64,000 nt of DNA. Source: Veleropilina oligotropha. Lineage: Eukaryota. Both the position numbers and the translations under genes were made by a program. The DNA lies in contig JBEUKZ010000053.1 in the NCBI GenBank assembly GCA_048128005.1, forward strand, positions 1 to 64,000, read 5' to 3'. A model generated the notes under the pieces. It saw only the letters and a list, made by a program, of their open reading frames with translations. It did no database searches and was not told the origin of the DNA. Below, one piece after another: positions 26,300-37,624 of this stretch. Each line of letters starts with the position of its first letter. Position 1 is the first letter of the stretch.

Positions 26300-26927
26300 A
26301 TTTAGACGTCACAAGCGTGAAAATGCTTACCAGGAGCGTATTTACGATAAACCCAGTGTGCATGCGCAGTCAGAAACGAACATTTATGTGCAGCTGCAAG
26401 TGATTAATCCAAATGGTACTACACACGCGACCAGTCCTACACACGCGACCAGTCCTGCAGACGGAGACCACACCCTGGCAGATCAAGCGGCAGACACCAG
26501 TTACTTCATATTAGAACCTGATCATTACGAGAGCATCCGACCTACCGCCGAAACAATAAGCGATCACTCCGTGGGTGATGCAGGTTATTTTGTTATAGCG
26601 GATGACAAAAGCATCGCCAACGCGGATAATGACTTGGGCAATCAAATTTCAATTGAACGTCCGCACAATGACGTTGATGATTTGTATGCTGAGTATGCGA
26701 TACCAGATTCCAATGCTGATGCGGGCTATTTCATAATTGAACACGATACTTCAGCCACTACCGAGCCCACACCGTCCTCGGACAATGCAACTAGAACGCA
26801 TACACCTGATGAGGTTCGCAATGAAGATGGTGAATACACGTACATCGACGCGGGACATCATGTTAGTAACCATTCGATGGCTGACTGTATGGTGGACAAC
26901 GAAGCCTACGAGGGTGATCCGAAGTGA
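26300..26927 (+). CDS. Host receptor terminal exon: acidic cytoplasmic tail with multiple Tyr motifs
   Basis: Acceptor ttgttacag, phase 2, joins the TM exon in frame (RFRRHKR stop-transfer). Motifs IYDKP, IYVQL, SYFIL, HYESI, GYFVI, GYFII, EYTYI. Stop TGA at 26927. Confidence 0.75.
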
Positions 26928-27479
26928 GAGCTCATTCCTTGTACGCGTATAGCATCATTACATTTTCATCAATGTTTAAATGATGTCATAGAGTGTGATT
27001 CACCCGAAAATACCATGTATATCAAAATAATTAAACACAAATAATTCCCTATTGAAATGAAGTTTGTTAAAGCATCAATACAAATGATTTACAAGTCATG
27101 TAAAAGATTTTTCCAGAGGTAAAACTTATCTATATATATATAATATATTTGGAACGATGGAATAACGTGTTGGTATTGAACACCCCCCCCCCCCCCCCAC
27201 ACACACACAGCGGGACCCCGAGAGTTCAAAGCGCAATCACCAAGAACAAATCTCCTACCAGATCAAGGCGATTTGATTGTTTTACCAATGAATGATTAAC
27301 ACTGGTAAATATTTCCATCGTGTGGACTTTAAAAGATAAATCATGCTATGCACTCGGTTGTGAAAGTATTTACTTTGCGACACAATTAAAATTAATGTAT
27401 ATTAATAAAGTTGTCCCCAAAGTCACAGGCTGTAATTCGCTCAGATAGTTTTGTCGTTTCGGTTGCAGACTCTGAAAAG

Positions 27480-27690
27480 TCACTGGCATGATTCCCCTAA
27501 CGCGAACAGTAGTGGGTTCGAATCACGGTTGAGACATGACATTATTTGTTCAAGTTAAGAATCATAGTTGTCCGTAGCTGGTCGGAGAGGGCGGTTTCCT
27601 CAGGCGACCGGGCTTTCCTCCTGCAATAATATGGACATGTCCTTCTTTGAACCTAATGGTTGGAAATATACAGGACAATTTAAGCATCAA
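27480..27690 (+). mobile_element. SINE copy (same family as 20354 and 28654)
   Basis: GGGTTCGAATC B-box and the shared core and tail. Confidence 0.7.
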
Positions 27691-28653
27691 TCATTTTCTA
27701 TCATGTTTCGAATATAACTGGAATTGTTCAGAGATGGTCCAAACAAGCAATATATTTGTATATTTAACATACAAGTTTACTTGTAAAAATGTATAAACAA
27801 AGGCCTGGGCGAGTCATACAATTGCGAATTGACGTTTTAAGGTCAAGATCATTTGTTTCAAATGTATTTCCCGATATATATAGTTATATGTTAGGACTGT
27901 TTAGATGATTAAAATGCACATTGGGTAGGTAAATAACGATGTAATTCATCAGAGAACATCATTTGAAATCGAAATTACCTATTTTGATGCCATAACAACG
28001 AATTTAAATTGATATAAATAGGTGCATTGTTTTTGTCACCGCGACCTTTTTTGAAATGTAATCGGCGATATAGAGACATTTGGATTGTTTTATGAATAAA
28101 GGATTATTCCCTTACAGACCACTTTTTGTTGCCGCTACGTATATCTGATGTGTTGCTGTTTTTCACCCGCAATGCAAATGTGTTGCAGGAGATGTGAAAT
28201 CGACATTGTAGTCACCTGATGGTAAACGGTCAAATCGTGCGCTTTCACAAACAACGTTTGCATTTTGATATGCAAAATTATTCTTGCTATAACGCTGTGC
28301 TAGAAGTGAAATCGATTTATTTTCCTTGTGACTCCTGGGGACTTGCCTGTCCGACGCCTCGCGATGAGAGAGCTGTGTATTGTTGTTCCGTCGTATGTTT
28401 GATGGCCATGTAAGTGTCGAGTGAATCAGATGTAACGTCTTGGTGCTGTATTTCTGTTATTTATCCGTCGGTATCTCAATTATGTAACTAAACTTTTCAC
28501 TGTTTGGCAAACAAGTCTTTACAAACGTGACTTTTAATTACTAACATTCTCCTGAATTTAACATCTAACGTTGTACTTAATCGCTAGCATTAGTTTGAAT
28601 TATGTCGTTTAGCAATATCATAATAATATTATATAGTCTCTTGTTTCGTCGTC

Positions 28654-28916
28654 GGCCGCTTCGGTAGCGCAGTGGGTAGAGTGTCCACTCTAAATTCACT
28701 GGCTTGTTTCCGCTGACGCGAACAGTAGTGGGATCGACCCCCGGCTGAGGCAGCACACATTTGTTCAAGTTATGAAGCACAGTTGTCCGTGACTGGCCGA
28801 AGAGGGCGGGTTTACCCGGGCGACCGGGGTTTCCTCCCGCGATAACACGGACATGTCCTGCCTTGAACCTCGATGTTGTAAATATACAGGACATTAAGCA
28901 TAATTCCTCCTCCTCT
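28654..28916 (+). mobile_element. Full-length tRNA-derived SINE
   Basis: GGCCGCTTCGGTAGCGCAGTGG head, GGGATCGACCC B-box, V-like core, CCT tail. TCTTGTTTCGTC occurs on both sides. Confidence 0.8.
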
Positions 28917-31900
28917 TGTTTCGTCATGTGATTTATCCTGAGAAACCTATGCGTTGACCTATATGCGGAACGATGCTTCGTGTTGGCCGTGTGAAGTGTC
29001 GTTATCCGATATTAAGAACATTATTGAAGTATTCGCATCGTACTCGTTCAAGGCTAAAGTTTGATTGCTGAGAGAAGATTGTATTCCCTGTGCATTCGCG
29101 ATAATTATGTTATTGTATAAACTCAATGTTAGTGTTGTACATTATTGAAATGGTTACTGATACTTTATCTTTAACGCCTTGTGACGTTTTCGTTTAGCGA
29201 GATAACTTGCTTCAGTTTCAATGGTAACATTATTTACTTTCTTGCGATGAGTTAATTTAATTTCAAACGGTAGAGTTAATTCATGAGTGCGTTTTGCTCA
29301 TTTCTGCTTGTATTCATTACGCGGGGATGTGTTATTTATTATTATGATACGACTGCTCTGGTTATATGTTAAAGGATATCGTGATCACGGTGCGTTTGAG
29401 GTCATGAACGATATACTTTGTGGAGTTGCTGTATCATCTCGATGCTATAGTACGCAATAATGCAATATCAGCTTTTCCCCTGGTGGATTGGTTCTAACAA
29501 CTTATAGGACCGGAAGTATAACGGCGACTGTTGGACAACGTTGGTGTCTTGTAGTGAATCCACCGACGGGTAGTTTTACTGCAGGTACTTGTTATCGTGG
29601 TTGAAGATTGTAAGCGCAAGATTTCACGGCATTTATATACTTCCGACTTTAATTATTTATTATCAAAGTAATAACTACGTTTTCTCCCCGCGTTCTTTAT
29701 TAAGATTATTCGGAAGTTTACTAGCTAATCGATTTCAGATCACAAAGTGTTCATAAACTTTACAATGTCAATTTCACATTAAGAATAAATCCGATGTTAT
29801 TGTAATGGTAACAATCAAGAAATAGCCGGTAACGCATATTGATGTATAGCTGTGGGAGAGTATTTCATTTTTGTTATTATACTAAAGTAGGCTAGGAAAT
29901 GGTTAATAAATGAATATATTAGTTTGTATTACATGTTGTTTTATTTCGAACAGAGAACAACTCAACTACGCGATTTCGTTCATTATTTGGGTTGAGTTTT
30001 TCTCTGGTATTGTCTGTCACGGTTGAGACGGCCGTTTTACATTCGCGATATATGTTCGTAGGGACCTGCGCCGCGTCGTTTTCATGTTGATCTGGACTGA
30101 GCGTGTTTATGCATTATGGTGGGGGCAGTTAAATATATAAATTTTCTATGATGCATCGGCTCCTCTTTCCAGGTCATTATGTAAACGTTTACCATCGCTA
30201 TTCGAAGGGACGTGCCATCGGTTGGTGCTTTGTGACTCTGGTGAAACAAGTTTGCCTTGACGTAGTCTGCGTGATCGATAATTGAGGCCCGCTACTGTTC
30301 CATCTGTCGAGTTGTCGATCACGGGAGACTATAATGTGTGCGTGATTGCGTAATCGCGTGATGGTTGAGTTCGACTTGACGATGGTGCTGTTTGAGGCTA
30401 CGGTGGTTGGTTGGTCCGTTGGTCTGTTTCGACTACAATAATTATGACCGAAAATGTTAAACTTTTTCGTAATTTTAACTGATAATTCAATCAAGTTGTT
30501 TCCAGTCTTGATATGGAACCTGGTAGTATTAGAACATGGGGACACTTGCCATATTGTAGAATACTAGTGTTGGTACGAGGGTTATTCGCCATCCTCTAGT
30601 ACAGACAGCACTGTTTTCGCAGGAATGACCGGAATATTGTTTGATAACTTGTCGGTTCAGACAGGATGGATTAACGATAGGGTTGGGCTGTGACCTATTA
30701 TAAATTGGATCTGATATATCGCAAAAGGTTGATAAAACGTAACATATTAATTCAATCAACCAGCACTGGCAAATAAATATATTTTGTGTAACCTAAAATA
30801 CGCTATTGAGGTAAAAGGACGCATGCCACCCAGCGGATAGGTATACACTATCCGTTCTGGTCACGTCATTGTTCGAAAATTAGTCAAGCATAAATATAAT
30901 TCGATAAACAAGACTGCACAGACAACGACAACATTGTTAATGCGGGTAAAGTAAGGTAGCCATTGGATTGAAGTTTTAACAAGCGACAAAATGGAGGGGA
31001 CTGCTGGAAGGACACTGTTCTGTCTTCTGATTTGCACAACGTCATTGGTATGCATAGCGTCATCAGGTATGCCGCATCCTCCATTACATCTTAGCTGTAG
31101 TAGTATCTTTACATCCGGGATAAGGCCGACCAGGAAGTGTCATTGATCTCTCTTACCTTCATCTGTAAACATTAAAGAGCAGACACGGTCTGGGTAGGTG
31201 CGCGGTGTGCATGTTCACCATGTTGTCCCCAAGACCCCTGGATCGATTTCAACCACTTTGATTTGATGATATAGGAAAAACTGGCGGGTGAACCGCGTGG
31301 CTCATACGGAGGTTTGGGGTTCAATCCCGATCCCAGTGAATTTCCGTGGGAAAATAAATAAGGACAGATGCACCTTGGTTTCAACCAATCTGAGATCTAA
31401 GTGAGTACTAGTATATGGTTGGCAGTGACGGAAATTGTCAGTATGTCAAGTCTGGTGCGCCTAAATGGCAGCTCGACTGAAATACTTTCACAGCGAGATA
31501 ATTTAGATTGAATTTTAATAGAACAGGACGGTAACCAGGGAATAATTTAACACTTTGAGGAAGCATTCATGCATGGAAAGGCGCAATATAAGAATTCCCA
31601 GTTAATATTTTAATTTATGAGACGCATAAAAGATATGTCATATCACAGAAGTTATCTAAACTTATGTATCTAGAGGCTGTGTAGGAGCCATAAATGTCGC
31701 AACAGCCATAAGTGTCACAATTGCGACAAGTGTGATCGATTTCGCCAAATTTCGCTCACAAATGTTGTAAAATTAATATTGTGACATTATGGCTTCGGAT
31801 GTCGATGGCAATAATCGATTGCTTCAATATTATATATTGGCATGTATGGCAATTGTATTATTACCCTTAAAATAAATTTAACAATTTCTTTGTGACATCT

Positions 31901-32439
31901 CAGTAAGGACTCAGATTTTTCTCATTAAAGAGTCAGATTTAACATTAATTATCTATCAGATCGAACGATTTCTCTTTACTGCACCATGCTATTGGAGTAT
32001 GCTATCACGGCGAAATAGAGACTCCGCTTTATCCACCACTACTGGAACAATCTTCCGACTGGAGCCTCATGAAGTTAGTTCTTTTAATTGAATCAGAAAA
32101 GAAATGACAAATTAATGCTTTAAAGCCGCAGTGACTTCATTAATTTACTGCAGAACCGGTTCTGACTAGGCACATTTTGTTTTTGTTCATTTGTGTTTTG
32201 TACTATGAATCAATATTGGCTCAGTATTTCTCTTCAAAAGGTGAAATTTTGTCTCGCTCGTGTATGATACACATCAGTTATTATGCGAAATGTTTGACGA
32301 GAACACACACCAGAATGAATATGAAATACAGACTGGCACATATACTGTATCAAATAGGCAATAAACCTTGCAAGATAACTCATTATCGTGCATAACATAA
32401 CGTAGGACGAGGCCCAATCTATATACATGTAGTTACTGC

Positions 32440-32548
32440 TGACCCACACATACAACGTCATGTAATATGAAACGCTGTCCCCACACATACAACGCTATGT
32501 AATATGCAACGCTGCACACACGCGCGTGCGCACGCAGGAGGCAGGCAG

Positions 32549-32579
<31 letters not shown>

Positions 32580-32803
32580 CACACACGCACATATACAACG
32601 CCATGTAATATACAACACCTCTCCCACGCATACACTACCTTGTGATATGCAACGCCGCACACGCACACAACGCCATGTAATATGCAACGCTGCCCCCACA
32701 CTTACAACGCAATGAAATATGCAACGCTGAACCCACACATTCAACGCCTTGTAATATGCAAAACTGGCTCCCACATACAACGCCATGTAATATGCAACGC
32801 TGT
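32440..32803 (+). repeat. Minisatellite (~38-bp unit ACAACGCCATGTAATATGCAACGCTG...) with an embedded (GCAC)n microsatellite
   Basis: Directly visible tandem units. Confidence 0.85.
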
Positions 32804-34074
32804 GCGTGCATGTACGTGCATGTACATGTACGAGTGCTAATTTTCACTAAAGTTTCTGGTAGCGTTGCCTAAAATCAATTGGGTCTAGAATTAGAGGTAT
32901 CAGAGAACGATAACCATGTTGTTACATATGATATCCAATGGCAAGATGGATAAGGCAACTGCACTTTTTTAGATTAATGCGAATTGTTGTGAAATTGTGA
33001 TTTGATATTGTAAGAAATAGGAGAGTAACACATAGTGTTCTGATGCTGACCATAGTTGGATTTTGGCTATATATGGGCGAAGCGCGAAAAGTGATGTTTG
33101 AAATAAATATATTAAATGATCTGGTGCTACTTTGCATGCAGTAATGCGCTAAATGAGCTCACATAATTTTTTATTGCTAACCCTGCAACCCCCGGTTTGC
33201 ATACATACGATTACAATCTATTGTTGAGTGTGCGTGCATAAAATTACTAGATATAATAGAAACAGTATTCACTTTTGCTTACGAGACATATACAGTTAAA
33301 GCAATATAAATATAAATTTACAATACATTTTCTGCCAACAGATTTGTAAAAGTATAAGGGTTAAAGTTTATAAAATGTATTGTCTTCTTTTAAAAAAGAA
33401 AAAATGACATTAGTTTTAAAATTATTAAATAATTCTTGAAGTGAGAATGCCCTAAAATATTTTTTATGAATTGGGTCTAAATCAACGCATTCCAATAATA
33501 TGTTTGACTGCTAGGTTCGAAGCACAATAATTGCACTCTTGTGGTGGCTGACAAGGGGAGCGAGTGTAGTGAAAATGTCCGATTCAAGACGACTTATCTT
33601 CGGCATAGGAACTTATAAGAGGGGCCCCATTTACAAAGAGGTCGGACATTCTGCAGTTTATTCCCCGTGCAATCATCTCAATAACGTTGCTAGGCAGTTT
33701 GAATAAATTAATTTATATTGTACTTGAAATCTGAGTGCGGAATTCTGCAATTTATAGGCTGGTTTATATGTATATATGAGTTTTCTGATTTATCAGCATT
33801 GCATTCGATGCCTAAATAACTTGGCATCCAGCAAATATGATGTCATTTTTCACGGCGAGATTATTGTTTGAACAATACATGCAATGTCATTATATTTCAA
33901 TTCGTCCCTCTCAATGCTTGAAGGCTCGAGAGAGAATCTACATAAATGATAAAACGACTTTAGCGCCGCACCATCTTATTTCTAGCTTCTTATATGAACT
34001 TCTAACTTCCGACTTCTATCTCCTGACAGTGACGAAGTCGTCTTGACCAGACTATGAATTGGAGAATGACACAC

Positions 34075-34457
34075 CAATCACTCCTACTTGCTTATATGAG
34101 AGCCACCACCTCAGTATATTATTTGACCAAACCTAACAGTTAAACATATATTATATTATTGGATTGCGTTGATTTAGATCCAATGCGTCAAAAATATTTT
34201 AGGGAATTATCACATCAATAACTCTTTAGTAATTTTAAAATTGATGTCATTTTTGCCTATTTAATAGAAGCTTATATATTTTATAAACGTTAACACTTTC
34301 ACTTATACAAATCTCTTGGCAGAAAATTGTATGTCTCGTATGTAAAAAGTGTTTCTAATATATCTACTAATTTTGGCCTTTCAAGTCGATCGACCCGATT
34401 ATGACTGAAATATTGTCGGCGTGATCTTTAAACATCAATTCAACTAATCAATCAATC
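34075..34457 (+). mobile_element. 3' end of an I/Nimb-like LINE with (AATC)n tail, abutting the Polinton-like virus
   Basis: CACTCCTACTTGCTT...GAGCCACCACCT and CCGATTATGACTGAAATATTG are shared with 24080-24290. Confidence 0.65.
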
Positions 34458-34467
34458 TTACTTATAT

Positions 34468-34690
34468 AGCAGCAGGGGGGTCAGTAGACTTTTTAGAATG
34501 GAAAAATAAGGCTCCCAGCACCTGTTCAGAACTGAGGGGGTGGACTAGGGGGTTTCAGAGGAAGTTAGGGGGGGGGGGCCCACGGCCGCCGGGGAGGCTC
34601 CCAGCCCTATTTCAGAACCCAGGGTAGGGCTTGTATTACAAAAGTCACCGTGTGTACAGCGCCATCCGAAACTAGGGTAGCTTATAATAG
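34468..34690 (+). repeat. Left TIR of the Polinton-like virus
   Basis: Reverse complement of 51577-51799. The outer ~73 bp are identical, a central ~40-bp block is divergent, and the inner part is similar. Confidence 0.92.
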
Positions 34691-35391
34691 TCTATTTGGG
34701 CCACGTCTATCAATTGTATTATTTACCCTAGCTTCGTAGTTGCGTCTATTCATAGCCCGTCGACGACTGAGCTGACCTAATGTGCTCGTTCTCAAGAAGT
34801 GTTATTGCTAGCTCAACGCAATAACTGCCGACTCATGGGGATGACTCAGCTCAAAAGCTGCCAGCTCAGCTCAAAAACGGTCCCCATGTTTACGTCGAAG
34901 CTTTTGGTGACCCAGTGAAAAAAAGTTCTTGACCAAAACTTTTTAACTGGACCAAAATCTTTTTTTTCTGGGTCACCAAAAGCGAGATACGCATCCGACA
35001 GCTTGCAATTTCTGTGCCACCAGAAATGCGTTTGACAAAATCTTTTTTTAACTGGGTCAACCAGACAGATACGCGGCTTGTGATAGCAGCGAGGGTAAAC
35101 AATAGCATTGATATAACGCGACGAGGTATTTGTAAAGACCCGGATCTGGCGTGTCTTGATAAGAGAAGCGTGTCTATTCATACCCGCTGAGAAACCAATT
35201 AGGCTATGGAAGTCTATTGTTTCATGGTTTCAAGTCATTGCGGGCAGGGAATCCCCGAGCAGTGTTAATAACAACGGGCTATGAATAGGCGCAGGAGAGA
35301 CAACAGTAGACGGCCTAACAGGCTATTAATATAACACTGGGGAAGCCTGAAAAATATGTTTCAAGGCAGGGAATCCCCGAGATTGCAGCTG

Positions 35392-35811
35392 TTAGATAAA
35401 TATATAATTCCCGCTGGCTAGTGTGCAATTGCATGGCGAAAGGTGCCCTATCTGACTCCACGCACCCCTGCAGCCGGTAGATAGCATTGAGAAGTAATGC
35501 CCGTGTTTTCCTCGACATAGTGACGGCTCAGCGCATTCGATGCAGACCACAGTATTTGGGTCGGGAGGAGCCCCCACCCCACAGTCATTCTCTCCGATAA
35601 TAAAGTAGTGGCACGAGGGTGGGGATACATCAGGGGGGTCTCGTAGCAAGTTTCTCCGCAGGGGGTCGAGTCGTATGTTGTACATGGGGTGATTTCGGTA
35701 CCTAGCCCACGTATGTTCGAGAATTAATGCAGTGTCATGTGTCCATGCCTGGGTGGAGACACTCCCTAGCCAGCACACCGCGGCAATGCACAGAAGTAGC
35801 ATGGATTTCAT
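35392..35811 (-). CDS. Viral secreted cysteine-rich protein (signal peptide, 8 Cys in the mature part)
   Basis: MKSMLLLCIAAVCWLGSVSTQA signal-like N-terminus, C-terminal CNC, N-glycosylation sequon NCT. Confidence 0.65.
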   Translation of the reverse strand: MKSMLLLCIAAVCWLGSVSTQAWTHDTALILEHTWARYRNHPMYNIRLDPLRRNLLRDPPDVSPPSCHYFIIGENDCGVGAPPDPNTVVCIECAEPSLCRGKHGHYFSMLSTGCRGAWSQIGHLSPCNCTLASGNYIFI

Positions 35812-35890
35812 GGTTGTCCAGATATCACTGTCGAGTTCTAGCTTTAATACGGGGGAGGGGGGTAGTCCACCCCACGATTAACCTGGATAG

Positions 35891-36521
35891 TTAATCTCCA
35901 GCTCCGATTTTTTTCAGCAGCTCTGCGCATCCCTCTTTACGGCCACGCTCAAGAAGCTCGTTTTGGGTCTGTGACACCGCGGTATGCGCCTTTAGACTTT
36001 TGAGACGCAGGGTGGCTTTCATTGTCCGATATTTGGCCATCTCGTCTGTGACGAGTTTGAACTCATCATCAGACATCTCCCCATCCTCTAAGGCCCTTGA
36101 GACGTGGTCATTTATGGTATTCAGCTTGCTTTCGGCCAGTACTCGTATCTCGTCGTGCTTTTTAGCCTTCACTTGGAGGCGGCGGCTAATGTATTTTCCA
36201 CCCATACTAGCGAGCCCACACCCCAACGCCACTAGTTCCAGCACTACGACCACGGGTGCGGCAACGATCGTGGACAAGTCCGATGCCGGCGCTACCCATA
36301 CCAAGGGTGGCCACGACCAGGGCCGAGTCGATCCCGTCAACGACATTAACGCCTCGTCGGTACTTTTTGTACAGGGCCGCCCATGTGTCTCTCTATCGTT
36401 CTAGCTGCCCCTGGAGCTCATTCACTTTCTGTAGTCGGAAAGACTGTGCCTCCGGCAGTTCCGAAGGCACATCGCCACCAAGTTGTGGATACAGCGTTGG
36501 CACTGAGGGCTTGCTGTCCAT
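35891..36521 (-). pseudogene. Conserved Polinton/adintovirus membrane-associated helical protein (resembles the family informally called 'GasderminX'); premature stop plus frameshift
   Basis: Reconstructed MDSKPSVPTLYPQL...QSFRLQKVNELQGQLER*RD..LYKKYRRGVN..GMGSAGIGL/LSTIVAAPVVVVLE...KHDEIRVLAESKLNTINDHVSRALEDGEMSDDEF. TAG at 36393-36395, frameshift at ~36280. The ATG overlaps the upstream TAA. Confidence 0.7.
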
Positions 36522-36886
36522 TATTCGTGGCTGTATTGTTCAGCCTGTTGATTCCAAATATCTACAGTAACGTTCAAATACAGGGTGGCTACCCATGGGG
36601 CCTTGACGACGAAGGCGAGGGTCAACCTGTCCGAATTCAGGCCAAGCGTACTTATGGAACATGCTTTGGGGCCCCCGGCGGGCTGGACCGGCATCAGGTG
36701 GATCATTAGGAGGGCTGGGTTCAACCCAAACCGACCTCCAGCATTTGGGATCATAAACTCCCTCCTCGCCAGCCCCTTCTTGGGCGCTTCCCCACAATTA
36801 AGAACAAAGTGCCACCGGGTCGGGGAAGAGGGCTCATCTGCAAGCAGGGGGAGGGGGGGGAGGGTCCCATAGATGCTGGTGCTCAT
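36521..36886 (-). CDS. Viral hypothetical protein, 121 aa
   Basis: The ATG overlaps the mCP stop (ATGA) and its TAA overlaps the next ATG (TAATG), consistent with a real gene. Confidence 0.55.
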   Translation of the reverse strand: MSTSIYGTLPPLPLLADEPSSPTRWHFVLNCGEAPKKGLARREFMIPNAGGRFGLNPALLMIHLMPVQPAGGPKACSISTLGLNSDRLTLAFVVKAPWVATLYLNVTVDIWNQQAEQYSHE

Positions 36887-37620
36887 TGTATCTCGAGGAC
36901 TGCGGAAATAGGCATACCGTGGTTGTCTATCGGGTTACCATCTGGGTCTGTGACGTACATCTTCAATTCTGTGAGAACCCCGGCCTGTAGTCGCCGGAGG
37001 GCTGGATAACTGTGGTAGTGGGCAGCCTCGCCGAAGATCTGCGACGTTATGGGGACCACCGCGAGAATATTGCTAGGGGCGCCGTCCTGCACATTATGTG
37101 TTGTACTGAGCTGCTCCAGATGGACGTGTAGGGTCGCTACGATCGCAAACCCGACAGGCTTGTTCCCGTCATACGTCCCGGGGCGTAGCCACTCGGATCT
37201 CTCCGGAGGGGGAGGTCGGCCCCGTACTCCTCGAAGGGGTGGGTTCAGATTCCCCGATTTATCGAGAATAAACGAAGAAAGGTTTAAGCCGAGGAGCTTC
37301 CGTATATCATCGCTTATCGCGAGGCGAGTCCCCTCTGGGACAACGAGTTGCGCGAGTCCCGTAGCATGGCTTACATCTAGCTGTATGTTAACTAGCGACC
37401 TCTTCATTGTCTTGGCGAGGGAATCGAAGCTGTAGAACCCTGGTGCCACCTCCACCGTGGTATCGGGGGTCTTAAAGAAGGCTCCAGCATGCACGTTATG
37501 CCAGCCGACCCAGTAGTCGAGCGAGCGCAGGCCGACGCATAGCTTGCCTTCCCGGTTATCTATTGGTTGCAGGAGGGGAACCGCGGTCCCCGTTTGAACA
37601 CTCGTTACAGTGTGGAACAT
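36883..37620 (-). CDS. Minor capsid protein (penton, single jelly-roll)
   Basis: PGFYSF..L, KLLGL, SNILAVVP...FGE...YP..RRL...LTELKMYVTDPDGNPIDNHG..ISAVLEI, the pattern typical of Polinton/PLV pentons. Probable start MFHTV. Confidence 0.75.
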   Translation of the reverse strand: MFHTVTSVQTGTAVPLLQPIDNREGKLCVGLRSLDYWVGWHNVHAGAFFKTPDTTVEVAPGFYSFDSLAKTMKRSLVNIQLDVSHATGLAQLVVPEGTRLAISDDIRKLLGLNLSSFILDKSGNLNPPLRGVRGRPPPPERSEWLRPGTYDGNKPVGFAIVATLHVHLEQLSTTHNVQDGAPSNILAVVPITSQIFGEAAHYHSYPALRRLQAGVLTELKMYVTDPDGNPIDNHGMPISAVLEIQ

Positions 37621-37624
37621 AGCT

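Noticed and set aside
28654..28750. tRNA genes (also 20354, 60587, 61044)
   Set aside because: A/B boxes are followed by SINE core and tail sequence, and no proper cloverleaf is evident.
29460..31400. Possible promoter (CCGGAAGT) and coding remnants of another gene
   Set aside because: Frames are short and stop-ridden, with no recognisable domain or consistent splice chain; left unannotated.
32440..32803. CRISPR-like array
   Set aside because: Degenerate tandem units without unique spacers, no cas genes, eukaryotic context.
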